This document shows, piece after piece, positions 1 to 9,806 of a stretch of 64,000 nt of DNA. The notes below the pieces were generated by a model. It did no database searches. It had not been told where the DNA came from and saw nothing but the letters and a program-made list of their open reading frames with translations. How positions within the stretch are numbered: position 1 is the stretch's first letter; every line of letters starts with the position of its first letter. The translations under genes and the position numbers were made by a program. Source of the DNA: Phycisphaerae bacterium (GTDB lineage Bacteria > Planctomycetota > Phycisphaerae > UBA1845); contig CAXXGO010000006.1 of assembly GCA_963666835.2 (NCBI GenBank), positions 96,001-160,000 of the forward strand. The letters run 5' to 3'.

Positions 1-44
1 GCCTTTGGCGTAAGTTCGGAAGATGCACGTCGCGCAGAGATCAC

Positions 45-191
45 GGCAGGTCTCGTTCCTCGACCATGCCCTACGTTCGCTGGGCTGGGCGAAGGCCGAA
101 GGCAGGTTTCGTTCCTCGACCGTGCCTTACGTTCGCTGGGCTAGGCGAAGGCCGAAGGCAGGTCTCGTTCCTCGACCGTGCCCTACGTTCG
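45..191. repeat. Three tandem 56-bp units, each containing a 30-bp GTAG-type REP-like hairpin (REP-A)
   Basis: GGCAGGTCTCGTTCCTCGACCGTGCCCTAC-like copies at 45-74, 101-130 and 157-186, separated by near-identical spacers. The reverse complement starts GTAG and folds (GGCA-C-GGTC...GACC-TGCC). Confidence 0.9.
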
Positions 192-316
192 TGGGCGTTG
201 CCGGTGACACGTCGCCGGCGTTATTCGGCATAGTGCAGGCATGCCGACGTTACGCGAGGGCCGCATGCAGGCAGATGCCTGCGTTACGTGCGGGATGCCT
301 GCGCTGCGAAACGACC

Positions 317-3300
317 TTACTTCAACCGTTTGAGCAGGTCCTTTACGGCCGCGCGGAGTTGCTCGTCGTCGTCGCGCGACTCGGCTTCGGGGGTCTGGTC
401 GACGATTATATCCGGCACGGCCCCGTGATTGTCCATATCGGTGCCGTCGAGCAGATGCCAGCCACGCATGGGCAAACGTACCCAGGTACCATCGATGAGC
501 AGGGTCGCCCCTGTGCTGATAACCGATCCGTGCGTAGTCTGTCCGACCAGAGTCCCCCGATTAAGGGTCTTGAATGCGTGCGAGATAATCTCCGCGTTAG
601 AGTAGCTCTGTTCGTTGCACAGCATGTTGATCGGTAGCGTATAGCGTTGGATGTACAGTCGACCCTGCGGATAGGACCCGGTTTGCGAGGGGTCGCCGCC
701 GCGGGGGACGGTATACGCGTGGTTCGGGGCCATGATAGACGCCAGCAGCCGGTCGGTGGTCCAGCCGCCGCCGTTGCTGCGCACGTCGATTATCAGGCCC
801 TCCTTGTCGCCGGCGGCGGCGTAGAGATCGCGTTCGAACACGTCGAGGGACTCCTGGCCCATAGCTTGAATGTGAATATACCCGATCCGTCCGTCCGACC
901 ATTCTTCGGCCAGCTCCGCCTTGCGTCGCCGCCAGGCGTTGTACTTAAGCTGCGTTTCCTGCCGATCGGAGATCGGAGTGAGCAGCACGTTAAGGTCATG
1001 CGGCTCTCCGTCGTCGAGGACACGGCGGATGCTCACCAGGGTCTCCTGCCCGACGCGCCCGCGCAATAGCGACTCTATCGTGTCAGTTTCCCCGAGCGGG
1101 GTCAGCTCGATACCGGTGATGACATCGCCCGGCAAAAGGGCCATGTCGCCCTTGGCCGCGGGCGACTCCGGCGTCACCTCGACGACCTCGTAGCCGTCAC
1201 CCACCCACCGATGCCGCGTGCCCAAGGTGCCGGTCGGCTGGGCGTTCGGTAACTTGGGGCTGTGGGTATACACGGCCATGTGCGAAGCACTCAGCTCACC
1301 AATGAAGCGGTTGGCGACGTAGTTGAACTCACTGGCGGTCCGCGCCCGGCGGGCGAGTTGGTGGTACTCTTCAGTCAGCTTCGCCCAGTCGAGCCCTTTC
1401 ATCGAGGCGTCGTAGAAGGCCTCGCCCAAAGCCCGGGCCGCCTCGCGGAACTTCTGACTGGATTGGGCCTGAAGGTCGATGAGGATCTCGTCGGAGATGT
1501 CAACGTATTCCGCCGCGCCCCCGCCGGGGCCGACCGTCCCTGCCCGGCCGTGGTTGACGAATACGACCTTGTCGCCGGTCAGGCTGACGTGCTGAACGTT
1601 GGCCGCCTCGCCGAGCCTCGTGCGATCTTTGCCGTCCCATTTCACCGAGTACAAGCCTCGCTCGCCGATCGTGGCCGTGAAGATGTAGCGATCTCCGCCG
1701 GGCGACAGGGCGCTATCATGCTCGAAGCCGCTCAGAGTCGTCACGCGCTTCAGGCGCAAGTACGCGTCATCAAGTCCCAGCTCCACCGGCTCATCTTCGT
1801 CTTCGTCTTCCTCTTCCTCGTTGTCGCTCTTATCGTCCTTCTTCTCGGCGTCGGGCTTCTTGTCGTCGGCCTGATTCGCGGTCTTGTCGTCCGCGTCATC
1901 CTCGGCGCTGCTGGAATTCTCTTCCGGGTCCGCGTCATTTTCGGTTTCGGCGTGCTCTTCCTTCTCGGGCTTCTTGACCTCGAGCGGTTTGCGTTTCTTA
2001 GCGGCGTCGGCGGCGTCCTCGTAGTACTTCTCCAACTCCAACGGTGTCAGGGCTTCAAGGTTTGCGTCCAGGTACACCATCCAGACGTCGGATTCGTCGT
2101 TCACTCTTTCGGATAGGAAGCTGAGGATCTTGCCGTCGGCCGACCAGCTCGGTGACGAATCGTCGTCGGGATGGCGGGTGATGTTCACGGCCGGGCTCGA
2201 GCCGTCCGCCGGTATGATCCAGATATCCGTATTGTAATTGAGGTCGGACTGGACGTAGGCGATATGGCGGCTGTCCGGGCTCCATTCCCAGTGCAGTCCG
2301 GCATCCCAGCCGGGGACCAAAACGCGCGTCTCGCCGCTCTCGAAGTCGTAGATCGCCAGATCACCGAGCCCGCGCCGGAAGCTAAGAGACTTGCCGTCGG
2401 GCGCGATACTCGGTTCGCGATCGTTGGTCTCCTCCGCGATTACGGCTTCGATGTTGAACTCCAGAGCATCGTGCCAGCGCTGGGGCTTAAGCTCTTTGGG
2501 GAGTTCCTCTTCCTTTTCCTTTTCCGCGGCATCGTCATCATCCGTCGTGGCTTCCTCGTCGTCTTCCTCCTGGGCGCCATTCGGCTCGGTTTGCTCTTCG
2601 GCGTCGCCTTCGGGTGATTCCGCGGCGGCATCATCGGCGGTTTGATCCGACTCGTTCGGAGGAGTTGCCTCTTGATGTTCTTCCTTCTCGGGCTCCGGTT
2701 CATCCTCTTTCGGAGGATTGATCGCTTTCTCGAAGTCTTCTTTGATCTCACCGCGCGTGCGGGCGACGGTAGCGGCGTAGATGGACTCGGTACCGTCGCG
2801 GTCGCTGACGAAATACAGCTTCAGCCCGTCGGGTGACCAGGTAATCTCCTTCTCGCGGGCGGGGTTGCGGGTGACCCGTCGCGTCGGGCTGCCCTTGTCG
2901 ATACTACGCACATAGACTTCGCCGTAGGCCACGAACGCCATCACTTTGCCGTCCGGGCTCAACTCCGCTTCGCTTACCTCTCGGTCGATCTTCTTGAGTT
3001 CCTGCCGGTCAAACTCATCCTCGGTAGCCCGGATCGACAGAGCCACCGGCGTGGCATCCGGTGAAGTCAGATCCAGCGTATAGAGCGTATCCCACGCCAC
3101 AAAGGAGATCATCGCGCCGTTGGCGGACACGGCGAAGTCCTGTACGTCCTTCTCGGTGAACTTAGTCAGTTGCCGGGCGCGTTTGCCGCCCTTATCCGCG
3201 TCCATCCGGTAGAGATTCAAGCAGTTAGACTCGCGGTCGGAGAGAAACACGAGGGTCTGCGAATCGGCCCAGCGGGCTTTGCCGTCGTTTCCGGCCCAAT

Positions 3301-3994
3301 GGGTCAGCCTTGTGAATGCATCGGTCCTTCGATCGAACAGCCACACGTCGCGCGAGTTGGCCCCGCGGTAATGGCGCCTCGTCCAGATGACATCTCCGCG
3401 AGTAAACGCCACGCGGGTGCCGTCCGGACTGATCACCGGGGAGCTGCCGAAGGCATCGTGGACTCGCCGAATCTCCCCACCGGACGGGCGGACCATGTAC
3501 GGACGTGGGGCCGTGTAGACGTCGCCCTCCAACGCGGCCGCGAAGGTAATCACCTCGTCCCCCTCTTCGTCGACGCCGAAGCCGGTCATGATGCACTGGC
3601 CGTCAATGTCGGTCACCTGCCGAAGAGCCGTACCATCCTTGTTCATCAAGTGGATGTTGGGATAGCCGGTCCGGGTAGAGACGAAAGCGATGCGCTGTCC
3701 GTCCGGGCTCCAGGCGGAAGTCAAGTCGTCGCCGGGGTGGCTGGTCAGGCGGTGAGCGGTGCCCCCTACCGAGGGCACAATCCACAGATCGCCGCGCCAG
3801 GAGAAGACGATCTGCGTTCCGTCCGGGCTGATTGACGGATACCGCGGCAAATCGACATTTCCGGCGCCGGCTGCAGGCAGAACCGGCCGGGTGGGCGGCT
3901 GCACTTCGATGCCATCCGCTCCCGACGACCGGGCGCAGCCCGGGGTGCTCAACACAAAGACGATCATTGACAAGTGGATGAACGTTCGAATCAT
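317..3994 (-). CDS. Tricorn-like S41 family peptidase (PD40/TolB beta-propellers, PDZ, S41 domain), secreted
   Basis: Signal/lipoprotein-like N-terminus; many SPDG/WSPDG propeller repeats; GYIHI, IIDVRSNGGG, SYSNAE (catalytic Ser) and GAVPDI motifs; RBS GAGGAG. Confidence 0.93.
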   Translation of the reverse strand: MIRTFIHLSMIVFVLSTPGCARSSGADGIEVQPPTRPVLPAAGAGNVDLPRYPSISPDGTQIVFSWRGDLWIVPSVGGTAHRLTSHPGDDLTSAWSPDGQRIAFVSTRTGYPNIHLMNKDGTALRQVTDIDGQCIMTGFGVDEEGDEVITFAAALEGDVYTAPRPYMVRPSGGEIRRVHDAFGSSPVISPDGTRVAFTRGDVIWTRRHYRGANSRDVWLFDRRTDAFTRLTHWAGNDGKARWADSQTLVFLSDRESNCLNLYRMDADKGGKRARQLTKFTEKDVQDFAVSANGAMISFVAWDTLYTLDLTSPDATPVALSIRATEDEFDRQELKKIDREVSEAELSPDGKVMAFVAYGEVYVRSIDKGSPTRRVTRNPAREKEITWSPDGLKLYFVSDRDGTESIYAATVARTRGEIKEDFEKAINPPKEDEPEPEKEEHQEATPPNESDQTADDAAAESPEGDAEEQTEPNGAQEEDDEEATTDDDDAAEKEKEEELPKELKPQRWHDALEFNIEAVIAEETNDREPSIAPDGKSLSFRRGLGDLAIYDFESGETRVLVPGWDAGLHWEWSPDSRHIAYVQSDLNYNTDIWIIPADGSSPAVNITRHPDDDSSPSWSADGKILSFLSERVNDESDVWMVYLDANLEALTPLELEKYYEDAADAAKKRKPLEVKKPEKEEHAETENDADPEENSSSAEDDADDKTANQADDKKPDAEKKDDKSDNEEEEDEDEDEPVELGLDDAYLRLKRVTTLSGFEHDSALSPGGDRYIFTATIGERGLYSVKWDGKDRTRLGEAANVQHVSLTGDKVVFVNHGRAGTVGPGGGAAEYVDISDEILIDLQAQSSQKFREAARALGEAFYDASMKGLDWAKLTEEYHQLARRARTASEFNYVANRFIGELSASHMAVYTHSPKLPNAQPTGTLGTRHRWVGDGYEVVEVTPESPAAKGDMALLPGDVITGIELTPLGETDTIESLLRGRVGQETLVSIRRVLDDGEPHDLNVLLTPISDRQETQLKYNAWRRRKAELAEEWSDGRIGYIHIQAMGQESLDVFERDLYAAAGDKEGLIIDVRSNGGGWTTDRLLASIMAPNHAYTVPRGGDPSQTGSYPQGRLYIQRYTLPINMLCNEQSYSNAEIISHAFKTLNRGTLVGQTTHGSVISTGATLLIDGTWVRLPMRGWHLLDGTDMDNHGAVPDIIVDQTPEAESRDDDEQLRAAVKDLLKRLK

Positions 3995-4393
3995 ACCGGC
4001 TCCTCGCTATCCTTCGGTCCGCACAGACTCCAAAGCCCTTTCGTCTCCGATATCGCCGGCGACGGTGTTCGCGGAGTTCGTCTATTCCGGGGTTCGGGAC
4101 GCCTTGCCGGCTGCTTCCCGGCGACGGCATTGCCAATCGGGGATCCCAGGGCTGGTACCGCCGAATCGCCCCTCAATCACGCATCATAAGCGCAACCCTA
4201 ACGTGATAGGGGCCGGCCAACAAGAATCAACGAAATCGGAGAAGTTCATGCGTGCGGATAGCCGGGTTGCAGGGGCGGTGCAACACGCCGAGCGACTCCG
4301 GTTCTGCTGCTTCTTCCGTTGCGAGCCGGCCGCGGTTTCGTACGTTCGACGGAAGACTATTGCCGAGGGAATCTGCCGATACAATAGCCACTA

Positions 4394-5155
4394 ATGGACA
4401 TGGTCGTTGCGGATAGTCTGGAGAAGGTCTTCCCTACGCCCTATGGGGAAAAGCGGGCAGTGGACGGGCTGAGCTTCTCGGTGAGCGAGGGTCATATCTA
4501 CGGGCTGCTCGGGCCCAACGGGGCCGGCAAGACCACGACTCTGCGCATGCTAAGCGGGCTGATGGCACCAACCAACGGTTCGGCTATCCTCGCGGGCTAC
4601 AACGTGGAGACCAATCCGTACGATGTCAAGCGAGTGCTGGGTTTCCTCACGGCCAACACCGGGCTCTATCAGCGTCTGACCGGCCGAGAGCTACTCAAGT
4701 ACTTCGCCCAACTTCACCAGATGGACGGCGCCGAGGCTGGGGAGCGGGCCGAGCGCCTTATCGACTGGCTCAATATGCAGGAGTTCGCTGATCTGCGTTG
4801 CGGGGCGTTGTCGACAGGCCAGAAACAGCGGGTCAACATCGCTCGGGCTCTTGTTGCTGATCCTCCGATTCTGATTATGGATGAGCCCACTCTCGGTTTG
4901 GACGTACTGAGTAATCGGGTGATTCTCGATTTCATTAAACGCGAGCGGGATGCCGGCAAGACGATCATCCTCTCTACTCATTACCTGGACGAAGCGGAGA
5001 CGATGTGCGATGAGATCGGCCTGTTGCACGAAGGTCGCCTCATCGCGGAGGGGAATCTGGACACTCTGCGCGCGCTTTCCGGTGAGCAACGTCTTAGCAA
5101 CATATTCCTCAAGCTCACCGGTGCGGATGCCCCGGTCGGAGTCTCCGGCTCATGA
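4394..5155 (+). CDS. ABC transporter ATP-binding protein (NatA/DrrA-like)
   Basis: Walker A GPNGAGKTT, signature LSTGQKQR, Walker B IMDEPT, STH switch. Confidence 0.95.
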   Translation: MDMVVADSLEKVFPTPYGEKRAVDGLSFSVSEGHIYGLLGPNGAGKTTTLRMLSGLMAPTNGSAILAGYNVETNPYDVKRVLGFLTANTGLYQRLTGRELLKYFAQLHQMDGAEAGERAERLIDWLNMQEFADLRCGALSTGQKQRVNIARALVADPPILIMDEPTLGLDVLSNRVILDFIKRERDAGKTIILSTHYLDEAETMCDEIGLLHEGRLIAEGNLDTLRALSGEQRLSNIFLKLTGADAPVGVSGS

Positions 5156-7287
5156 GTTTCACCGATCGCATTCGTACGATCTACCGCAAGGAACTAACGG
5201 ATATCCTCCGCGACCGCCGCACGTTGGTCGCCATGATTGTTGTGCCGATTGTGCTGTATCCGCTGCTGATGCTCGGCTCGATCCAGGCCGTGAGCTACCA
5301 GGCCGAGGCCCTCGAGGATGAGAGGATCGCCATCGGCGTCGTAGGCAAGAACGAAGCGCTGTTCCTGCAGAAGATCATAAAGGAAGATGCGGAGATTCTG
5401 GCGGCGGCCGATCCCCCGACCGATTCCGATGCCGACCAGGAAGAAGAATCGATCAAGCCGATCGATGACGCCGATATCAGGATCCTCGAGTCGGTCGAGC
5501 AGATGGACCGGCTGATTCATGGCCGTTTGATTCATCTGGGGGTTATCCTCGACGCCGATCACATGCTCGAGGACATCGATCGGCAGATTTCGGTTGATTA
5601 CCACGTGGATCGGGAAGACGTTCGCAGTGCCACCGCGATGTTCCGGGTGGATGCGGTAATTCAGCGCACGAATGATCGCCTCTGTGCCCACCGGCTGGCC
5701 GTGCGGAACCTCCCGGTCGAGATGATCGAGCCGTTCGTCGCCACCGTGACGGACCTGGCCGTGCCTTCTTCCATCCTCGGGCAGATTCTGCCGCTGATTC
5801 TCATTCTGATGACGATTACCGGGGCGATCTACCCGGCGATTGATGTGACGGCCGGGGAACGGGAGCGCGGGACACTCGAGTCTCTGATGGTCTGCCCGGT
5901 CTCGGTGATCGATTTGATTGTGGGCAAGTTCCTGGTGGTCACAACGGTCGCCATCATGGGCGCGGCGCTGAACCTGACGGCCGTCAGTGCCACGGTGTTC
6001 TTCGGAGGGTTCGACGTTCTTCTGACCAGCGGCGGAGGTGGGCTTCCGTTGGGGAAGATGTCCGTCATTCTGATGTGCCTGATACCCTTTGCCGTGCTGA
6101 TGTCGGCGATCATGATCGCGGTGTGCAGCTATGCCCGGACGTTCAAGGAAGCCCAGAACTACGTAACCCCCGTGATCCTGGCGGTGTTGATCCCCGGGGG
6201 GATAGCGGCCTTGCCGGCAACGCGTTTGGATGGCGTGATGCTGGTGATGCCGGTGGGCAATATGGTGCTGTTGGCGCGGGATCTGTTGCTCGGGGCCGTG
6301 GTCCCTCATTGGCAGACCGCGACGGTTTTGCTCTCGACGACGCTATATGCGGGAGCGGCGGTGGCCGTGGCGGCCGGGGTGTTCGGCAAGGAATCGGTGG
6401 TCTTTGCCGATTCCGGGTCGTTGCGGACCCTGTTTTCGCGCAAGTTGATCAAGCCGTCCGCCCGCCCGCCGATATCGATGGGGCTGCTCGTCGTATCGCT
6501 GCTCTTTCCGGTGTGGTTCTTCATTCAATCGGCTTTGTCGCCGAGTCCGGACGAAGATGCGCGCGGGTTATTATACGCCTCCGGGGTGCTGATGCCGCTT
6601 CTGTTTGTGGTACTGCCGGTGTCGGTGTTGCTGTACTGGCGGGTTGATGTTCGTAACACGTTCTCCCTGCGCCTGCCGTCTTTGGGGCATCTGGCGGCCG
6701 GCTTGCTGATCGGGGCGTTTGCGTGGGTCCTGTCCCACGGAATAAACGTGGTCCAAACGGCGCTGGTGCAGCCTCCGGAGAGTCTCACGGAGAGCCTGGC
6801 GCGAATGCAGGATACTCTGTCCGCCATGCCGGCGCTGACGATTGTGCTTGTGTTGGGGCTGGTTCCGGCATTAGCGGAAGAGGCTCTGTTCCGGGGTTTC
6901 CTGCTGGGCAGCCTGCGCTCGGTGGCGGGTAAATGGACGACGGTGCTGGTGACCGCGGGCATTTTCGCGGTGTTCCACTTCGTCGTCTTCAAGTTCCCGG
7001 TGACGGCGGTGTTGGGGGTGATTCTGGCTTATCTCTGCTGGCAGTCCCGTTCGATTCTCCCGGGCGTTATCGCCCATCTTCTGCACAACACTCTGGTGAC
7101 GCTCATGACGGTCCGTCCGGAGTGGGCCGAGAGGTTGGGCCTCACCACGGGCGGGGAGAGCAGCGGCCCGCACTTCCCGCCTCACGTTCTGGCGATCGGA
7201 GCCGGCGGGTTGATTGTCGGATTGGTGCTGGCAGCACGGCCGGCGAAGCTGCCGCCGGACAAGGAGGGCCATCTCAAGGTCACTTAG
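5152..7287 (+). CDS. NatB-like ABC-2 permease fused to a CPBP (CAAX/Abi) intramembrane metalloprotease
   Basis: KELTDILRDRRT and AGERERGTLESL permease motifs; C-terminal EEALFRG, FAVFH and HLLHN CPBP motifs; ATGA overlap with the ATPase gene. Confidence 0.9.
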   Translation: MSFTDRIRTIYRKELTDILRDRRTLVAMIVVPIVLYPLLMLGSIQAVSYQAEALEDERIAIGVVGKNEALFLQKIIKEDAEILAAADPPTDSDADQEEESIKPIDDADIRILESVEQMDRLIHGRLIHLGVILDADHMLEDIDRQISVDYHVDREDVRSATAMFRVDAVIQRTNDRLCAHRLAVRNLPVEMIEPFVATVTDLAVPSSILGQILPLILILMTITGAIYPAIDVTAGERERGTLESLMVCPVSVIDLIVGKFLVVTTVAIMGAALNLTAVSATVFFGGFDVLLTSGGGGLPLGKMSVILMCLIPFAVLMSAIMIAVCSYARTFKEAQNYVTPVILAVLIPGGIAALPATRLDGVMLVMPVGNMVLLARDLLLGAVVPHWQTATVLLSTTLYAGAAVAVAAGVFGKESVVFADSGSLRTLFSRKLIKPSARPPISMGLLVVSLLFPVWFFIQSALSPSPDEDARGLLYASGVLMPLLFVVLPVSVLLYWRVDVRNTFSLRLPSLGHLAAGLLIGAFAWVLSHGINVVQTALVQPPESLTESLARMQDTLSAMPALTIVLVLGLVPALAEEALFRGFLLGSLRSVAGKWTTVLVTAGIFAVFHFVVFKFPVTAVLGVILAYLCWQSRSILPGVIAHLLHNTLVTLMTVRPEWAERLGLTTGGESSGPHFPPHVLAIGAGGLIVGLVLAARPAKLPPDKEGHLKVT

Positions 7288-9730
7288 GCGAACGGCGCTG
7301 TGAAGGGGAAGAGCACGCCGAGTCGGCGACCTTAAGGAGCAGGCGCGCGACCGTCGCGGTCAGTTCTGACATCCGAAACGGTCTGCGAAGCACTGCGGTT
7401 TGATTGTTGGTTTCAATCTCCGGGCTCGATTCGACATCGTCGGAAATAACGACCGCCGGTATCCGGGGGGCGCGCCGGCGGATTTGTGCCAGGCATTCGC
7501 GGCCACTCATCTTTGACAGATCCGCATCGAGCACTGCCAACCGAATGTCCGCTTGGTACTCCTCGAACAGCCTCATTGCTTCGAGCCCGTTTTGGGCGGA
7601 GAGGGTCTTGAATCCGGTGTGATGGAGCGCCGCCTCAACCAGCGATCGAACGTGTTGATTGTGTTCGGCCAGGAGAATCGTCTGGTCCCCCCCCAGGATG
7701 TGCGGGTTGGAGTCGTCGGGTTCTTCCACTGATACCGGCCTGTCACAGCAAGGAAAGCCGGCCACAAACCGCGCACCTTGCTCTGTGCCCGGGTGGACCT
7801 CGATGTGTCCGCCGTGATCCGTGACTACACCGTAGACCATCGACAAACCGAGACCGGTACCGCGACCGCGCGGTTTCGTGGTGAAGAACGGTTCGAAGAT
7901 CCGGGCGCGCAGGTCTTCGTCGATCCCGCAACCCGTGTCCTCGACCGTTAGCACCGCCGCCCCTAAGCTCCGGGTGGCGATTGTCGGGAAGCACTCTGCC
8001 GAGTCGAGAGCCTGGTGCCTCACCGAGATCCGCAACTGTCCACCTTTGGGCATGGCGTCTCGGCTGTTGATGGCCAGATTCACGACAATCTGCTGAATCT
8101 GAGCGGCATCCGCCGAAATCCACATAGCGTCGCTGTCGGCGATATCCAAGACGATCTCAATGTTGTTGGGCAACATCGGACGGAGCATCTTGACGGACCG
8201 GAGTACCGTGTTCCCGAAATGAATGGGAGTCTTGTGGGCCGGAGTTTTGCGGCAGAACGTCAACAGAGAACCGGTAACGGCCGTGGCGTGCCGCACGGTT
8301 TGCTCGATGCCCTCCAGCATCTCACCGATATTGCTCCGCGGCGGAACTTGGGGGCGGGCGAGGGTGGCGTAGCCGAGAATGGCCGTGAGGATGTTATTGA
8401 AATCATGTGCGATCCCGGAGGCCAACGTGCCGATGGCCTCCATCTTATGTGCCTGGCGTAGTTTCTCTTCGAGTGCGATCTTCTCCAGTTCGGCCCGCCG
8501 GCTCTCGGTGACGTCTCGCCCGACGGCGAGCACTCCCATACTGTTTCCCGCCGGGTCTGTCAGGTGAGTGTTGTGCCACTCTATCTCGCGCTCGCGGCCG
8601 TCCTTGGTCAGAATGGAATTCGTCGTGCCGGATGTGGATGTTCCTCCGATGGACTTCTGATGTACGGCCCGTATCCGGTCGCGCTCGGACGGGGGCACGA
8701 ACACGGTGAACCAGTCTTGGTTGCGTACTTCGTCGAGGCAATACCCGGAGATCTCCTCCATATAGCGATTGAAGCGGATAATCCGTCCGTAATTATCCAA
8801 GACCAGCACGATCACGGGAGCGGTGTCAATCAGCTCTTCCGCGAAGTCTCTTTCGCGCTGCAGAGCTTCCTCCGCCTGCTTGCGCGTGGTGATATCTTGT
8901 CCGATGGCGACGATTCCCATCGGCTGCCCGTTGTCGTCCGGAGTGCTGCCGATGCTCCACGTGTAGAACCGTCGGCTTCCGTCGGCGGTTCGAACGGGGG
9001 ACTCGAATTCGCGAACCGGCTCACCGGTCAACACCGCCCGCATATCCGCAGCGACCCGCTCGCGGATTCTCTCCGGGAGGAAGAGGTCGAAATAGCTGCG
9101 TTCGAGGACCTCGGCCTTCTTGTAGCCGAAGACGCGCTCCGCCTCCGGGTTGAATTCGGTGATGCGCCCGTTCGGCAGCAGGCAGACAATGACGCTGGGC
9201 GCGGTGCGAATCAGAGCTCTGAAGCGTGCTTCGCTTCGTTGGAGAGATGCGGTCCGCTGGGCCACGGCGTCCTCCAGCTCATCGGTGTATTCGCCGATTT
9301 TTTCGTGGAACGCCCGGTGGATGTGCCGGACCAGATTCTCGGGATCACCCGCCTTCTCGACGTAGGCAAACGCTCCTAAGTTGACGGCTTCTTTGGCCGA
9401 GTCGAACGATCCGTAGGCGGTATTCAGGATGATCCGGACGGAGCTGTTGATTTTGCGGATTTCGCTCAACAGTTCGATGCCGGGGCGATCGGGCAGCCGC
9501 AGGTCGACTACCGCAACGCCGAACTCCGACTCGCGGGCGTGCTGAAGGGCCTCTGCCCCCGTTGTGCAACTGGTGACCTCGAAACCCTCGCGTTCGATGA
9601 TACTAGACAGGGTGTAGCGCTGGGCATCGTCATCTTCGACCAGCAGCACGCGAGAGATCCGGCCTCGCAGGGTCTTCTCGGGCATTTTCGTCGACTTCCC
9701 CATTGCCTTCCACGGGATTCCACCGGGCAT
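7280..9730 (-). CDS. Hybrid sensor histidine kinase (REC-PAS-PAS-HisKA-HATPase-REC)
   Basis: VLLVEDD...VDLRLP receiver; two PAS domains; [10 protein letters not shown]-box; NSRDAM, DTGCGI, FFTTK, GTGLGL. The true start may be 9703 or 9685. Confidence 0.93.
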   Translation of the reverse strand: MPGGIPWKAMGKSTKMPEKTLRGRISRVLLVEDDDAQRYTLSSIIEREGFEVTSCTTGAEALQHARESEFGVAVVDLRLPDRPGIELLSEIRKINSSVRIILNTAYGSFDSAKEAVNLGAFAYVEKAGDPENLVRHIHRAFHEKIGEYTDELEDAVAQRTASLQRSEARFRALIRTAPSVIVCLLPNGRITEFNPEAERVFGYKKAEVLERSYFDLFLPERIRERVAADMRAVLTGEPVREFESPVRTADGSRRFYTWSIGSTPDDNGQPMGIVAIGQDITTRKQAEEALQRERDFAEELIDTAPVIVLVLDNYGRIIRFNRYMEEISGYCLDEVRNQDWFTVFVPPSERDRIRAVHQKSIGGTSTSGTTNSILTKDGREREIEWHNTHLTDPAGNSMGVLAVGRDVTESRRAELEKIALEEKLRQAHKMEAIGTLASGIAHDFNNILTAILGYATLARPQVPPRSNIGEMLEGIEQTVRHATAVTGSLLTFCRKTPAHKTPIHFGNTVLRSVKMLRPMLPNNIEIVLDIADSDAMWISADAAQIQQIVVNLAINSRDAMPKGGQLRISVRHQALDSAECFPTIATRSLGAAVLTVEDTGCGIDEDLRARIFEPFFTTKPRGRGTGLGLSMVYGVVTDHGGHIEVHPGTEQGARFVAGFPCCDRPVSVEEPDDSNPHILGGDQTILLAEHNQHVRSLVEAALHHTGFKTLSAQNGLEAMRLFEEYQADIRLAVLDADLSKMSGRECLAQIRRRAPRIPAVVISDDVESSPEIETNNQTAVLRRPFRMSELTATVARLLLKVADSACSSPSQRRSPK

Positions 9731-9806
9731 TCATCCAGAGCCGTAGACAGCTTGACGGCGACTGGTTTGCACCTCGCTTGATATCCCGAACGAAACCACC
9801 GGTTAC

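Noticed and set aside
45..191. CRISPR-like 30-bp repeat with 26-bp spacers
   Set aside because: Spacers are near-identical, the repeat is dispersed across the window as a REP, and no cas genes are present.
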